A stretch of DNA of 64,000 bases, taken from the NCBI GenBank assembly GCA_011390955.1, contig JAABRM010000001.1, positions 46,694-110,693 of the forward strand, read 5' to 3'. Positions 55,696-64,000 of the stretch are shown here, piece by piece. Positions within the stretch are counted from its first letter, which is position 1. The number at the start of each line of letters is the position of its first letter. A model generated the notes under the pieces. That model was not told the DNA's origin. It worked only from the letters and a program-made list of their open reading frames with translations, and searched no databases. The translations under genes were made by a program, and so were the position numbers. This DNA is from Oscillatoriales cyanobacterium. Its GTDB lineage: Bacteria; Cyanobacteriota; Cyanobacteriia; Cyanobacteriales; Laspinemataceae.

Positions 55696-56634
55696 TTAAT
55701 TGCGGTGATTGTTACTATAGTAAATTCTCGCTCCGGCCCAGTGAAGCTTTTCTCGCAAAGTGCGGTAATAAGAATAATTTTCTCGGAGAATAATAAATTG
55801 AGCTTGACATTGGGCGATGCGAACTTCAACGTGCTGTCCCGGCCAAATTGAGGTGCCAAGAACCCCATCAGTCCAAAGTTTGGTGCTTAAGTCGCGATCG
55901 CCTAATGGCCAAATTTTCACCACCGAACCAGGGGGTAATACAATCGGACGACTGGAAAGACTCAAGGGACAAATCGGCGTTACCGCGATCGCCTCCATTC
56001 CCGGATGCATAATCGGGCCATTCGCTGATGCGGTATAGCAGGTAGACCCGCTGGGGGTCGCTACAATTAGACCGTCTCCCTGATATTGATCGACGATTTC
56101 CCCATCCACTTCCATTTCCAAGGTAGAAGTGGGAATGCGATCGCTGGTTGCCGGTTTAACGCACATCTCATTCAACGCCAAAAAAGGCGGATCCTGAGTT
56201 TCCGTGCCACTGACCGGCTTCAAACTGGGATCCAACCCATCCAAGACCCTCGCTTGCAACATCATCCGTTGCTGCACCGCATAGCGATCGTCCATGAGTC
56301 GTTGCCAAACCGTCTCCGTATCTTGAAATGCCTCAGTAGGTTCCGTCAAAAAACCCAGATGGCCGCCCACATTCACCGCTAAAATGGGGATGCGATCGTG
56401 AGACAACTGCCTTGCTGCTGCCAATGCGGTGCCATCCCCTCCTAAAACCACCGCTAAATCTATTTTTTGGGTCGAAGAAGCCAAAAATACTGGATAGGGA
56501 TTATCCTTTGGGCCGCTAGGTCCCATGAGCACTTTACAGCCAAGGGATTCAAGCTGTCGAGCGCATTGTTCGGCGCGACGCTTACTCAGGGGATCGGCAG
56601 CTTTATGGGCAATAATAACTTGTTTAAGTTCCAC
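55696..56634 (-). CDS. nadK: NAD(+) kinase
   Basis: 'VVLGGDGTALAAAR' and 'NEMCV...' motifs of the NAD kinase family. Confidence 0.85.
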   Translation of the reverse strand: MELKQVIIAHKAADPLSKRRAEQCARQLESLGCKVLMGPSGPKDNPYPVFLASSTQKIDLAVVLGGDGTALAAARQLSHDRIPILAVNVGGHLGFLTEPTEAFQDTETVWQRLMDDRYAVQQRMMLQARVLDGLDPSLKPVSGTETQDPPFLALNEMCVKPATSDRIPTSTLEMEVDGEIVDQYQGDGLIVATPSGSTCYTASANGPIMHPGMEAIAVTPICPLSLSSRPIVLPPGSVVKIWPLGDRDLSTKLWTDGVLGTSIWPGQHVEVRIAQCQAQFIILRENYSYYRTLREKLHWAGARIYYSNNHRN

Positions 56635-57094
56635 GATATTTATAGGAGAGAGATGTTTAGAGGGGAGAGGTGAAATTTTGGGTTTTTTACAGATTTTTGA
56701 GCGAGTATTGCGGATATTACGGATGTTAAGGATACTTATGATGAATAATTAGACCAACCATCTCCACCCAGACTGATTGACAAATAAATTTAATTAATTC
56801 CAGATCGTTTAACCAAGATATTGATTGATAATAGTATATAATAGTATATAGCAAAAATTGGTAAATTTTTCAGATTATCAAAATTAATTGTAAGGATCCA
56901 GCTAATTAAAAGTGCATTCGGTGATTTATGGGGGTGCGGTGATGATTTGCTCAAGGGTCTTAAACAGGCGATCGCACGATAGACCAGCAGCCCTGGCGCG
57001 ATCGACGTGCCAAAGTTCTATTTGGGAGCGTGTTTTGTTTTACTGTACTTGCCTCTTGGTGTATCCTTAGTCGCTTGTGTGAGCCGTTTTTCCA

Positions 57095-57500
57095 GATTAT
57101 AGCAATTGTCATAGTTATGAAGTACAAAAAAACCTGTCCCGAACCGCGCCCGCTAGAATCCAGAAAACCTCTGTACTTCCGAAGGGACAATAACCGCTAT
57201 ATGTAAGAGTTTCTCAGATATCCACTCCTCATAAAAAACCTAAGTTTACGGGCAGAAATAAATTCACTACAGACCCCATTAGAGGGAAGAGTAAAGAGTA
57301 AAGAGAAGCAGAGGAGCAGAGGAGCAGAGGAGCAGAGGAGCAGAGGAGAGAGTGAAAGTAAATATCACTATTCACTTTTCACTTTTCACTATTCACTCTC
57401 TTCTCTCTTCTCTCTTTTCTCTCTTCTCTTTTCTTTCTCCTTCCTATATGCGGGAATCCAAGGATTTACGCAGGAGAACGAAAAGTGCAATTAATTAGGA
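57095..57500. repeat. composite repeat block: degenerate MITE-like modules flanking a (GAGGAGCAG)n 9-mer array and a CT-rich microsatellite
   Basis: 'tgtcatagttatgaagtacaaaaaaacctgtcccgaacc...', then 'gcagaggagcagaggagcag...gagagagtgaaagt...ttttcacttttcact...ctcttctctcttctct...', then 'gcgggaatccaaggatttacgcagg...aaagtgcaattaattagg'. Confidence 0.75.
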
Positions 57501-57885
57501 GTTTCTCAGATATCCACTCTTCATGAAAAACCTAAAAAGCACGAATTAAGTTTGATTCAAAAGTCTAAAAAATTTTTGTGAAAACAAATCTTTAGAAAGA
57601 AAAATTAGTAAAATAAAAAAACGCAGATTTCTTCAAAAACTTATTTTTTCGTGACAAGTGCATATCAAACCGACTAAAATGCTTATGGGATAAGATTATT
57701 GAAATAGTTGAGATGTCTAATAATGAGAAGTCAATGCTCTTTGCTGATGCCGCTTTCGCCTCGTATGGAGACATAAACACAATAGCGCCACTGGCAGGGG
57801 TGGCATATCCAGAAATCTGTACCGCAATGTACTATTTTTACTACTTAATCTTGTAGAATAAGTTATCCTGGTTTATCTAAAAGAT

Positions 57886-59565
57886 ATGGTAGATGTCAAT
57901 CAATCGATTATTTTTTCCCCGTGCATTGTCAGTCCAGCAACCCCTTTGGCGGAAGCAATTATGCTTATGACTCAAGCAAAGGGAAATCATTGTCCAGTGA
58001 TGTTATATGAAGAACCAGAAGTAGTTTCACCCGTTAAAAGTCAACCCACCAGTTGCATTTTGGTTGTGGAAAATGAAAGCTTAGTGGGAATTCTCACGGA
58101 GAGAGATTTAGTTAAGTTAGCGGTGAAAACCACAGCTTTTGAAAAAACGACAGTTCGGGATGTAATGACGAGTCCCGTAGTGACACTTTTTTACGGCGAA
58201 TTTAGTGATTTATTTATTGCCTATAATTTGATGCGTCGGCATCGGATTCGGCATTTACCAATTTTAAACGATCGCGGTTATCCTTTGGGATTAGTCACCT
58301 TATCTAGTTTGCGGCAAACTTTAAATCTGGGTTATTTTTTGCGCTTTCGCCAAGTGAATGAAATTATGACCCATCATGTGGTTTGGGCTTTTCCCAATAC
58401 ACCGATTGTGGAGTTAGCCCAGATCATGTCGGTGCATGGAATTAGTTGTATTGTTTTGGTGGAAGATCGCGGGGGAATTCTCATTCCGGTGGGGATTATT
58501 ACCGAACGAGATATTGTGCAATTTCAGGCGATCGCATTAGATTTACAAAAACTGACTGCGGAACAGGTGATGAGTACGCCCTTATTTTGTTTAAAACCCG
58601 AAGATACTCTGGCAACAGTGCATCAAAAAATGGAAGAATTACGCATCAGACGATTAGTAGTCACGGGTAAACAAGGCGAATTATTAGGTCTGGTGACGGA
58701 GAGTAATCTCTCTCAAGTCCTCGATCCCATAGAAATTTACGGAATTTTAGAAATTCTCCAACATCGAGTGACTCAACTGGAAGCGGAAAAAGCTTATTTA
58801 CTGCAAAAACAAGGCATTGAATTACATGAAGCAATTGAAAAAAATCAATTTGAGCTTTATTATCAACCCCAGCTAAATTTAACTACTCAAAAAATTATTG
58901 GGGCTGAAGCTTTGATTCGCTGGCATTCCCCAGAAAGAGGGCTGGTGTCTCCGGCTGAGTTTATTCCGTTGGCGGAAAATACTGGGCTAATTATTCCGTT
59001 AGGGCAATGGATCTTAGAGTCGGTTTGTCAACAGATAATTGCCTGGGAAAAATCTGGGTTAAATCCAGTGCAGATTTCGGTTAATGTATCGAGTAAACAG
59101 TTTCATCAAGCGAATTTAGCTGAAGAAATTTTAGCCACTTTAAAAAAATATCAAGTTAAGCATCAATGGATCAAGTTAGAATTAACGGAGAGTTTGTTGG
59201 TGCAAAATATTGACATCGCTTTAGAGCAGTTTAATATTTTAAAGGCTGCCGGGATCAAAATTGCCATTGATGATTTTGGCACCGGATATGCTTCTTTGGG
59301 CTATTTACAACATTTTCCGTTCGATACGTTGAAAATTGACCGTTGTTTTGTGCAAAATATTCATCAAAATGCCAAAAGTGCCGCGATCGCTACGGCGATT
59401 ATTCGCATGGCTCAACAATTAAACTTTGAAGTGATTGCGGAAGGAGTGGAAACCGCCGCAGAACGAGATTTTCTCTATCAGCATGGTTGCGAATTAATTC
59501 AAGGCTATTTGATTAGTCGCCCTCTGCCTGTGACTGAATTTACTAATCTATTAATATCGGGATGA
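57886..59565 (+). CDS. c-di-GMP phosphodiesterase: four CBS domains + EAL domain
   Basis: CBS pairs ('VRDVMTSPVVTL', 'VNEIMTHHVVWAF', 'AEQVMSTPLFCL'). EAL domain 'ELYYQPQLNL...AEALIRWHSP', 'DDFGTGYASL', 'KIDRCFV'. Confidence 0.8.
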   Translation: MVDVNQSIIFSPCIVSPATPLAEAIMLMTQAKGNHCPVMLYEEPEVVSPVKSQPTSCILVVENESLVGILTERDLVKLAVKTTAFEKTTVRDVMTSPVVTLFYGEFSDLFIAYNLMRRHRIRHLPILNDRGYPLGLVTLSSLRQTLNLGYFLRFRQVNEIMTHHVVWAFPNTPIVELAQIMSVHGISCIVLVEDRGGILIPVGIITERDIVQFQAIALDLQKLTAEQVMSTPLFCLKPEDTLATVHQKMEELRIRRLVVTGKQGELLGLVTESNLSQVLDPIEIYGILEILQHRVTQLEAEKAYLLQKQGIELHEAIEKNQFELYYQPQLNLTTQKIIGAEALIRWHSPERGLVSPAEFIPLAENTGLIIPLGQWILESVCQQIIAWEKSGLNPVQISVNVSSKQFHQANLAEEILATLKKYQVKHQWIKLELTESLLVQNIDIALEQFNILKAAGIKIAIDDFGTGYASLGYLQHFPFDTLKIDRCFVQNIHQNAKSAAIATAIIRMAQQLNFEVIAEGVETAAERDFLYQHGCELIQGYLISRPLPVTEFTNLLISG

Positions 59566-59566
59566 T

Positions 59567-59632
59567 TATTTGTTGGTTGTTAGTTGTTAGTTGTTAGTTG
59601 TTAGTTGTTTGTTGTTTGTTGTTTGTTGTTTT
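59567..59632. repeat. STRR-like array TTGTTAG/TTGTTTG (single arm)
   Basis: 'ttgttggttgttagttgttagttgttagttgttagttgtttgttgtttgttgtttgttg'. Begins 2 nt after the stop. Confidence 0.8.
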
Positions 59633-59784
59633 TACCCGCAAGCATGAGGCTAATTAATCGAAAAAAATAGTCTGGGAAAATAATCTGGTAAATCAAGATA
59701 AAAAAGTCGTTTAAATATGACTATTTTAGAAAAAAATAGTCCCTAGGCGTGAAGTATTATCACCGCTAAATTAAAGATAATTAT

Positions 59785-59988
59785 TTAGTCCGATAAACTC
59801 AGGCGTCCCCGTTTGGCATTATAAATTAAGCGATTAATAATGTCTTGATGTTCCTCACTTAAGGAGTTTTGTAGCAAGGCATTCCGAATCTGGAAGCGAT
59901 CGCAGTGAGTCAACTTACCAGAACTAAGGCTTTGGCCAAAGATTTCTTCTAAGCTAGTGGGGGCTTGATTGTTAAAATATGTCATCAT
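59785..59988 (-). CDS. hypothetical small protein (weak)
   Basis: 67-codon ORF in an intergenic region; no motif. Confidence 0.25.
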   Translation of the reverse strand: MMTYFNNQAPTSLEEIFGQSLSSGKLTHCDRFQIRNALLQNSLSEEHQDIINRLIYNAKRGRLSLSD

Positions 59989-60298
59989 CGGTTTCCGATC
60001 GCAACTCGACTATTTCCAGTATGAATCAAGATCGGCGAGGTTCCGGTGATTTCATGGGGCAGTCACCAGTGATCTATTGCCAGAAAATTTGCGATCGCGA
60101 TCGCTGACACTTGGTTAAATTCCCTTCAAAATTCATTTAGGCAAAATTCACCCATGAGCGATCGGTGATGGTTTTTGTAACATTTCTTAAAGATTTCCCC
60201 AAAAAAACCCAATCTTTGCAGATTGGGGTCATAAAATAATTGTGAATCTAGTTTAGACTTACTATATTTAGTGGCCATGAGCAACCGGGGGATTCGGT

Positions 60299-60670
60299 TT
60301 AAAGGTCATAGATCAGGGCTTCAATGGCACTAGGATTTTCTTCACAGTAGCGATCGAATGGGGTTTTTTGCTTTTGCTCGCGACGGTGACAAGCAGCGGC
60401 TTGCAGTTCTTCCACAATGTCCCAAGCCACGGCACTTTCACGGGAGGTGATACCTTTTTCTTGGCTAATTGCCCGGGCGGCAGCGATCGCGGCTTGAAGA
60501 TTGGCCTCTAGTCTTCTGGTTCTTTCTTGCTCAAAATTCCGTTCTAAGGATTGATCGATCGGAGTAACGCCGACTTCCTGGGGTTTTGTTGCGAGTACCT
60601 GAATCATAACCGACTTTTCTCCTAATAAAAAATAGCTCGGAGTGCGCGGATGAGTCCCATTAGGGAACAC
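60299..60670 (-). CDS. CP12-domain protein (Calvin-cycle regulator family), variant C-terminus
   Basis: CP12 core signature 'AVAWDIVEELQAA'. C-terminal 'CEENPSAIEALIYDL' parallels CP12 'C..NPEA.EC..YD' but with only one Cys of the C-terminal pair. The start may be the internal ATG at 60607. Confidence 0.5.
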   Translation of the reverse strand: MFPNGTHPRTPSYFLLGEKSVMIQVLATKPQEVGVTPIDQSLERNFEQERTRRLEANLQAAIAAARAISQEKGITSRESAVAWDIVEELQAAACHRREQKQKTPFDRYCEENPSAIEALIYDL

Positions 60671-60932
60671 CTGTTTACTTCTTGGTTTTATTGTAGCTTA
60701 CTGAAAAAAAATTCTAGAAATTTTTATAGTAATTTAATATTAGCCTTGGTAAAAAATTATTAAGCACCTAGGGGAGCCTGACTACTGATTTAATCCCTGG
60801 TTAAACTTATGATTTCGTGCCGTTACATCAAAAAGTCCCGGATCTCCAGAGGCGATCGCTTCCGGTAAATTGACTTCATCAAAACTCATTCCATCTGGAT
60901 AAATCGCAGATCGAGGCAATCTTGTCACCAGA

Positions 60933-62066
60933 TCACACAGTAATCGGTGACTCCACATAAATGGTCGGGTCTTGAGTGGTGAATTCAATACCAAATTGTT
61001 TTAACTGCTTGGAAATTGTGGTTGTGGCAATTTCCAGCAAACGCTTTCTCAGTTGAATAGAATTTTCACTCGACCCTAAAATAAAGAAAGTAATTCGGGC
61101 TTGGGTCACTTGTTTTTCATATTCTTCTGAATTTCGCTTCAATATCTCGCTAAAGTTAATTTTAGTGCTCCCTGGATCAATGCCAAACACCGAGTTGGTA
61201 CTTTCTTTAATCACTTGTTGCACCATTGCATAGTCGCGATCGTTGAGAGTTTTCGAGAAATCCATATAAAGCAATACCATGACTTTTTTTGCCCGGGTAA
61301 TATTCTCAACTTCCATGCTCACTAAATTGGAGTTTGGCACGACCATTAAAGTACTTTTGCCCGATAATCTAATTTTAGTCGATCGCAAACCAATTGACTC
61401 AACTCGGCCTAGGTGTCCGTTTTGCCAGCGAATATAATCTCCAGCAATAAACGGGCGGTCTAAATATAACACAATGGTACTCAAAAGCTGCTCTAAAATC
61501 TTCTGCGCCGCAAAGGCTACCGCCAAGCCAGTAATCCCTAAACTAGCCATTAAACCAATCAAATTAATTTTTAAAGTATTGGCATAAATAATCGCGGCAA
61601 AAAATCCAATTAACACATTAGCCAAGGTTTCCACAACTAACAAAAAATCATCACCTTCTCGGCCTAATCGCCTTAATAAATTAATCCCATAAATCCGCAG
61701 CAATTGACTAAATAACCGGGAAATTAACCAGCTAACACTGATAATAATTGCGGGATCGATAAAATAAGTAATAAATTGATAGAAAGCCGGATAAGCTTGC
61801 AACCATACCAAAGACAAAGAAATTAAGATAAAGGTTCCGGCAACTTTTAAAGGGTTTTGCAGGGGTTCAATAAAATGATTATAAATAATCGTCACCTGTT
61901 GGGGAAAAAATCGATTAATACTCCAGCGGACAATACTTGGTGTATATCGGCCAAAAATAAGAGCCAGCAGGAAAAATATCAGAAAAATCATCCAATCAGG
62001 GAGATTTGACAGATTCAGCAACATAGCAATTTCTTGGATTTTTTTGCTAATTTCTAAAAAGTTCAT
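60933..62066 (-). CDS. MscS-family mechanosensitive channel, paralog 1
   Basis: TM3/β-domain block 'GLMASLGITGLAVAFAAQKILEQLLSTIVLYLDRPFIAGDYI...GRVESIGLRSTKIR'. Confidence 0.8.
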   Translation of the reverse strand: MNFLEISKKIQEIAMLLNLSNLPDWMIFLIFFLLALIFGRYTPSIVRWSINRFFPQQVTIIYNHFIEPLQNPLKVAGTFILISLSLVWLQAYPAFYQFITYFIDPAIIISVSWLISRLFSQLLRIYGINLLRRLGREGDDFLLVVETLANVLIGFFAAIIYANTLKINLIGLMASLGITGLAVAFAAQKILEQLLSTIVLYLDRPFIAGDYIRWQNGHLGRVESIGLRSTKIRLSGKSTLMVVPNSNLVSMEVENITRAKKVMVLLYMDFSKTLNDRDYAMVQQVIKESTNSVFGIDPGSTKINFSEILKRNSEEYEKQVTQARITFFILGSSENSIQLRKRLLEIATTTISKQLKQFGIEFTTQDPTIYVESPITV

Positions 62067-62150
62067 AATTGTTTATCTTACTAAAAATCGATCTATCTGC
62101 GCCATTAATCAAAATCAATCACATATTTTTTTTGTCTCCGCCAAAACCTC

Positions 62151-63257
62151 TTAAATAGTAATGGGTGAATCAACATAGATGGTGGGTTCTTCTACTTGAA
62201 AATAGGCTCCATATTCTCGAAGCTTTTGGGCAATATTTTGATTGGCAATATCGAGCAGTTGTCGTCGGAGTTCCATCGAAACTTCCCCGGATCCCAAAAT
62301 AAAAAAGGTAATTTGGACTTGAGTGCTTGAATCACCGGATTCATTCAGGATATTTTTAAAGACAACATCCGTATTTTTAGAGTCTATGCCAAAAATATTA
62401 CTGGTACTTTCTAGAATTACTTGACGAATTAAAGCCCGTTCTTCGTTGATGATAATTTTATCAAAGTCTAAGCAAATTAGTGCCATAACTTTTTTGGCAC
62501 TGGTATAGTTTTCGATGGTAATTTGGGTTAGAGCATTGTTGGGAACAATAATTAAAGTGCCTTTGCCCGTAGCCCGAATTTTGGTGGAACGTAACCCAAT
62601 GGATTCAATTCGACCAAAGGTGCCATCAGGAAGTCCTACATAGTCATCGACAATAAATGGCTTATCTAAATAAAGCACAATTCCACCCAAAATTTGTTCT
62701 AAGGTTTTTTGGGCGGCAAATGCGACCGCTAATCCGCCAATGCCCAAACTGGCAAAGATTCCCAGAATGTTAATTTGGTGAGTTTGAGCAAAACTAATTA
62801 ATGCTAGGAGGATAATAGTCAGGTTGGCTAAAATTTTGCCTAAAATCAGTAGTTCACTATTGGTTTTTCTGCCGGTTTTAATTGCCCGATCGATGATATA
62901 GATATCAAAAAGTCTCTGGAAAATTCCTAACAATAACCAGATTAAGCTTATGGTTAACGTGATTCCGATCGCCAGTTCAATCCAAGGATAAACAAAATTG
63001 TCAACCGAGAAGAAAATGATGGGTAAACTGAATTCTGTGACGAGCAAACTACAGCAAAAGCCAATTAACCGTTGATAAGGCTCAATAATTGCTTGATAGG
63101 ATTCACTGACTTTATTGCTAAACCCTAGCTGAATGATTGGTCTGAGTAAGTTGGGCAGAAAATAGCCGAGGACAAAGGCCAGAAATATGCCAATGCCAAG
63201 TAACGCCAATTCTAAGATAAAATTGACGTTCCCAAAATTTGGTAATGTTTCAGTCAT
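62151..63257 (-). CDS. MscS-family mechanosensitive channel, paralog 2
   Basis: 'GIFASLGIGGLAVAFAAQKTLEQILGGIVLYLDKPFIVDDYV...GRIESIGLRSTKIR'. Clearly paralogous to 60933-62066. Confidence 0.8.
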   Translation of the reverse strand: MTETLPNFGNVNFILELALLGIGIFLAFVLGYFLPNLLRPIIQLGFSNKVSESYQAIIEPYQRLIGFCCSLLVTEFSLPIIFFSVDNFVYPWIELAIGITLTISLIWLLLGIFQRLFDIYIIDRAIKTGRKTNSELLILGKILANLTIILLALISFAQTHQINILGIFASLGIGGLAVAFAAQKTLEQILGGIVLYLDKPFIVDDYVGLPDGTFGRIESIGLRSTKIRATGKGTLIIVPNNALTQITIENYTSAKKVMALICLDFDKIIINEERALIRQVILESTSNIFGIDSKNTDVVFKNILNESGDSSTQVQITFFILGSGEVSMELRRQLLDIANQNIAQKLREYGAYFQVEEPTIYVDSPITI

Positions 63258-63300
63258 GAGAAAAACTCCCTGAATCGATCGTCAAAGCAACTAGAAACTC

Positions 63301-64000
63301 TCAAAGCCAAGTGGTGACAGGGGCTTGGGTTTGAACGAGTAATTTTCCCTGAGAAATTACATACAGTACCGTGGCCCGATCGCGCATTGCCTGAAACCGA
63401 TTTTGGGCATTTAGTACAATTAAATTGGCAGGTTTGCCCACTTCAATGCCATACTGGGTTTCTACTTGCAAAGTTTTCGCCCCGTGTCTGGTAATCATAT
63501 CATAACATGCATCAATCTCGGCGAGTCCGGTCATCAGGCAAACATGAATCGCCATATTCGCTACATCCAGCATATTTCCGGTGCCGAAAATATACCAAGG
63601 GTCTTGAATACAATCATGTCCCAAGGAGACATTTAATCCCGCTTGCCACAGTTCTTTTACCCGTGTAATTCCCCGCCGTTTGGGATAGGTATCGGTGCGA
63701 CCTTGGAGGGTAATATTAATTAAAGGATTAGAGACAAAATTGAGGCGCGATCGCCCCAACATTCCTAATAGCTTATAGGCATAGGCATTATTATAAGAAC
63801 CAAACGCAGTTGTATGACTGGCGGTGACTTTTTCCCCCAAACCCGTTTTAATCGCCCAAGCATTCACCACTTCCAAAAATCGGGACTGGTCATCATCAAT
63901 TTCATCGCAGTGAATATCGATGATTTTCTGATATTTTTCCGCTAAGGTAAAAATCTGCTGAATCGAATTCACCCCATCTTCTCTGGTTAATTCATAATGA
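63301..64000 (-). CDS. amidohydrolase-superfamily protein (cytosine-deaminase-like), N-terminus beyond window
   Basis: 'NVSLGHDCIQDPWYIFGTGNMLDVA' and 'HVCLMTG' blocks resemble the cytosine deaminase/amidohydrolase fold. The reading frame stays open to the window edge. Confidence 0.6.
   Translation of the reverse strand, partial: HYELTREDGVNSIQQIFTLAEKYQKIIDIHCDEIDDDQSRFLEVVNAWAIKTGLGEKVTASHTTAFGSYNNAYAYKLLGMLGRSRLNFVSNPLINITLQGRTDTYPKRRGITRVKELWQAGLNVSLGHDCIQDPWYIFGTGNMLDVANMAIHVCLMTGLAEIDACYDMITRHGAKTLQVETQYGIEVGKPANLIVLNAQNRFQAMRDRATVLYVISQGKLLVQTQAPVTTWL

Noticed and set aside
1-64000. Prophage, IS element or integrase genes
   Set aside because: No integrase, transposase (other than the Rpn/YhgA-like nuclease-family protein), capsid or terminase motifs were seen; the mobile signals are limited to non-autonomous repeats.

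Overview
This window looks like chromosomal DNA from a filamentous cyanobacterium; GCGATCGC (HIP1) octamers are extremely frequent and there are many heptanucleotide STRR-like tandem arrays. The organism assignment is inference only. Backbone genes include a 5'-truncated MCP, cheB, nadK, PBP2/mrdA, a ruvX-DUF1292-like-mltG-yqeG block, a potA-(orf)-potD-potB-potC polyamine ABC operon, an M48 peptidase, two tandem MscS channels, a CP12-like protein and tRNA-Thr(CGU). Interleaved with these is an unusually dense set of multidomain signalling and STAND-type proteins. They comprise a PAS/GAF-GGDEF cyclase, a class III nucleotidyl cyclase, a CBS-EAL phosphodiesterase, two neighbouring 'AAA-like' N-domain proteins (one with a degenerate GGDEF output, one with ~14 WD40 repeats), two sensor-less NB-ARC STAND ATPases, a caspase-like(CHAT)-WD40 protein and a Ser/Thr kinase-TM-TPR protein. 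Several arrangements look like candidate undescribed systems. (i) A sensor-less STAND NTPase whose stop overlaps the start of a kinase-TM-TPR gene, i.e. a split NLR-like pair. (ii) An alpha-helical adaptor/HEAT protein directly upstream of the CHAT-WD40 gene, separated from it by three tandem perfect hairpins. (iii) A divergent sensor-less STAND plus compact SF1 (UvrD-like) helicase pair followed by a cassette-like array of two AbrB-like/PIN toxin-antitoxin pairs and an Imm1-like orphan gene, each flanked by copies of a ~200-bp structured repeat; the layout is integron- or MITE-cassette-like but no integrase is visible. (iv) A V4R - small ORF - phycobiliprotein-like (Apl-like) - V4R four-gene module. 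The non-coding space is rich in structured elements. There is a GTAGGG...CCCTAC palindrome family, including a composite element with compensatory stem changes and mutually exclusive hairpins. There are large inverted STRR arrays (TTGTTGG arm / CCAACAA arm), one of which sits inside the pot operon. There is also a composite MITE-like family, and 9-mer and 6-mer tandem arrays. All functional calls rest on motif recognition in the supplied translations; no database searches were run.
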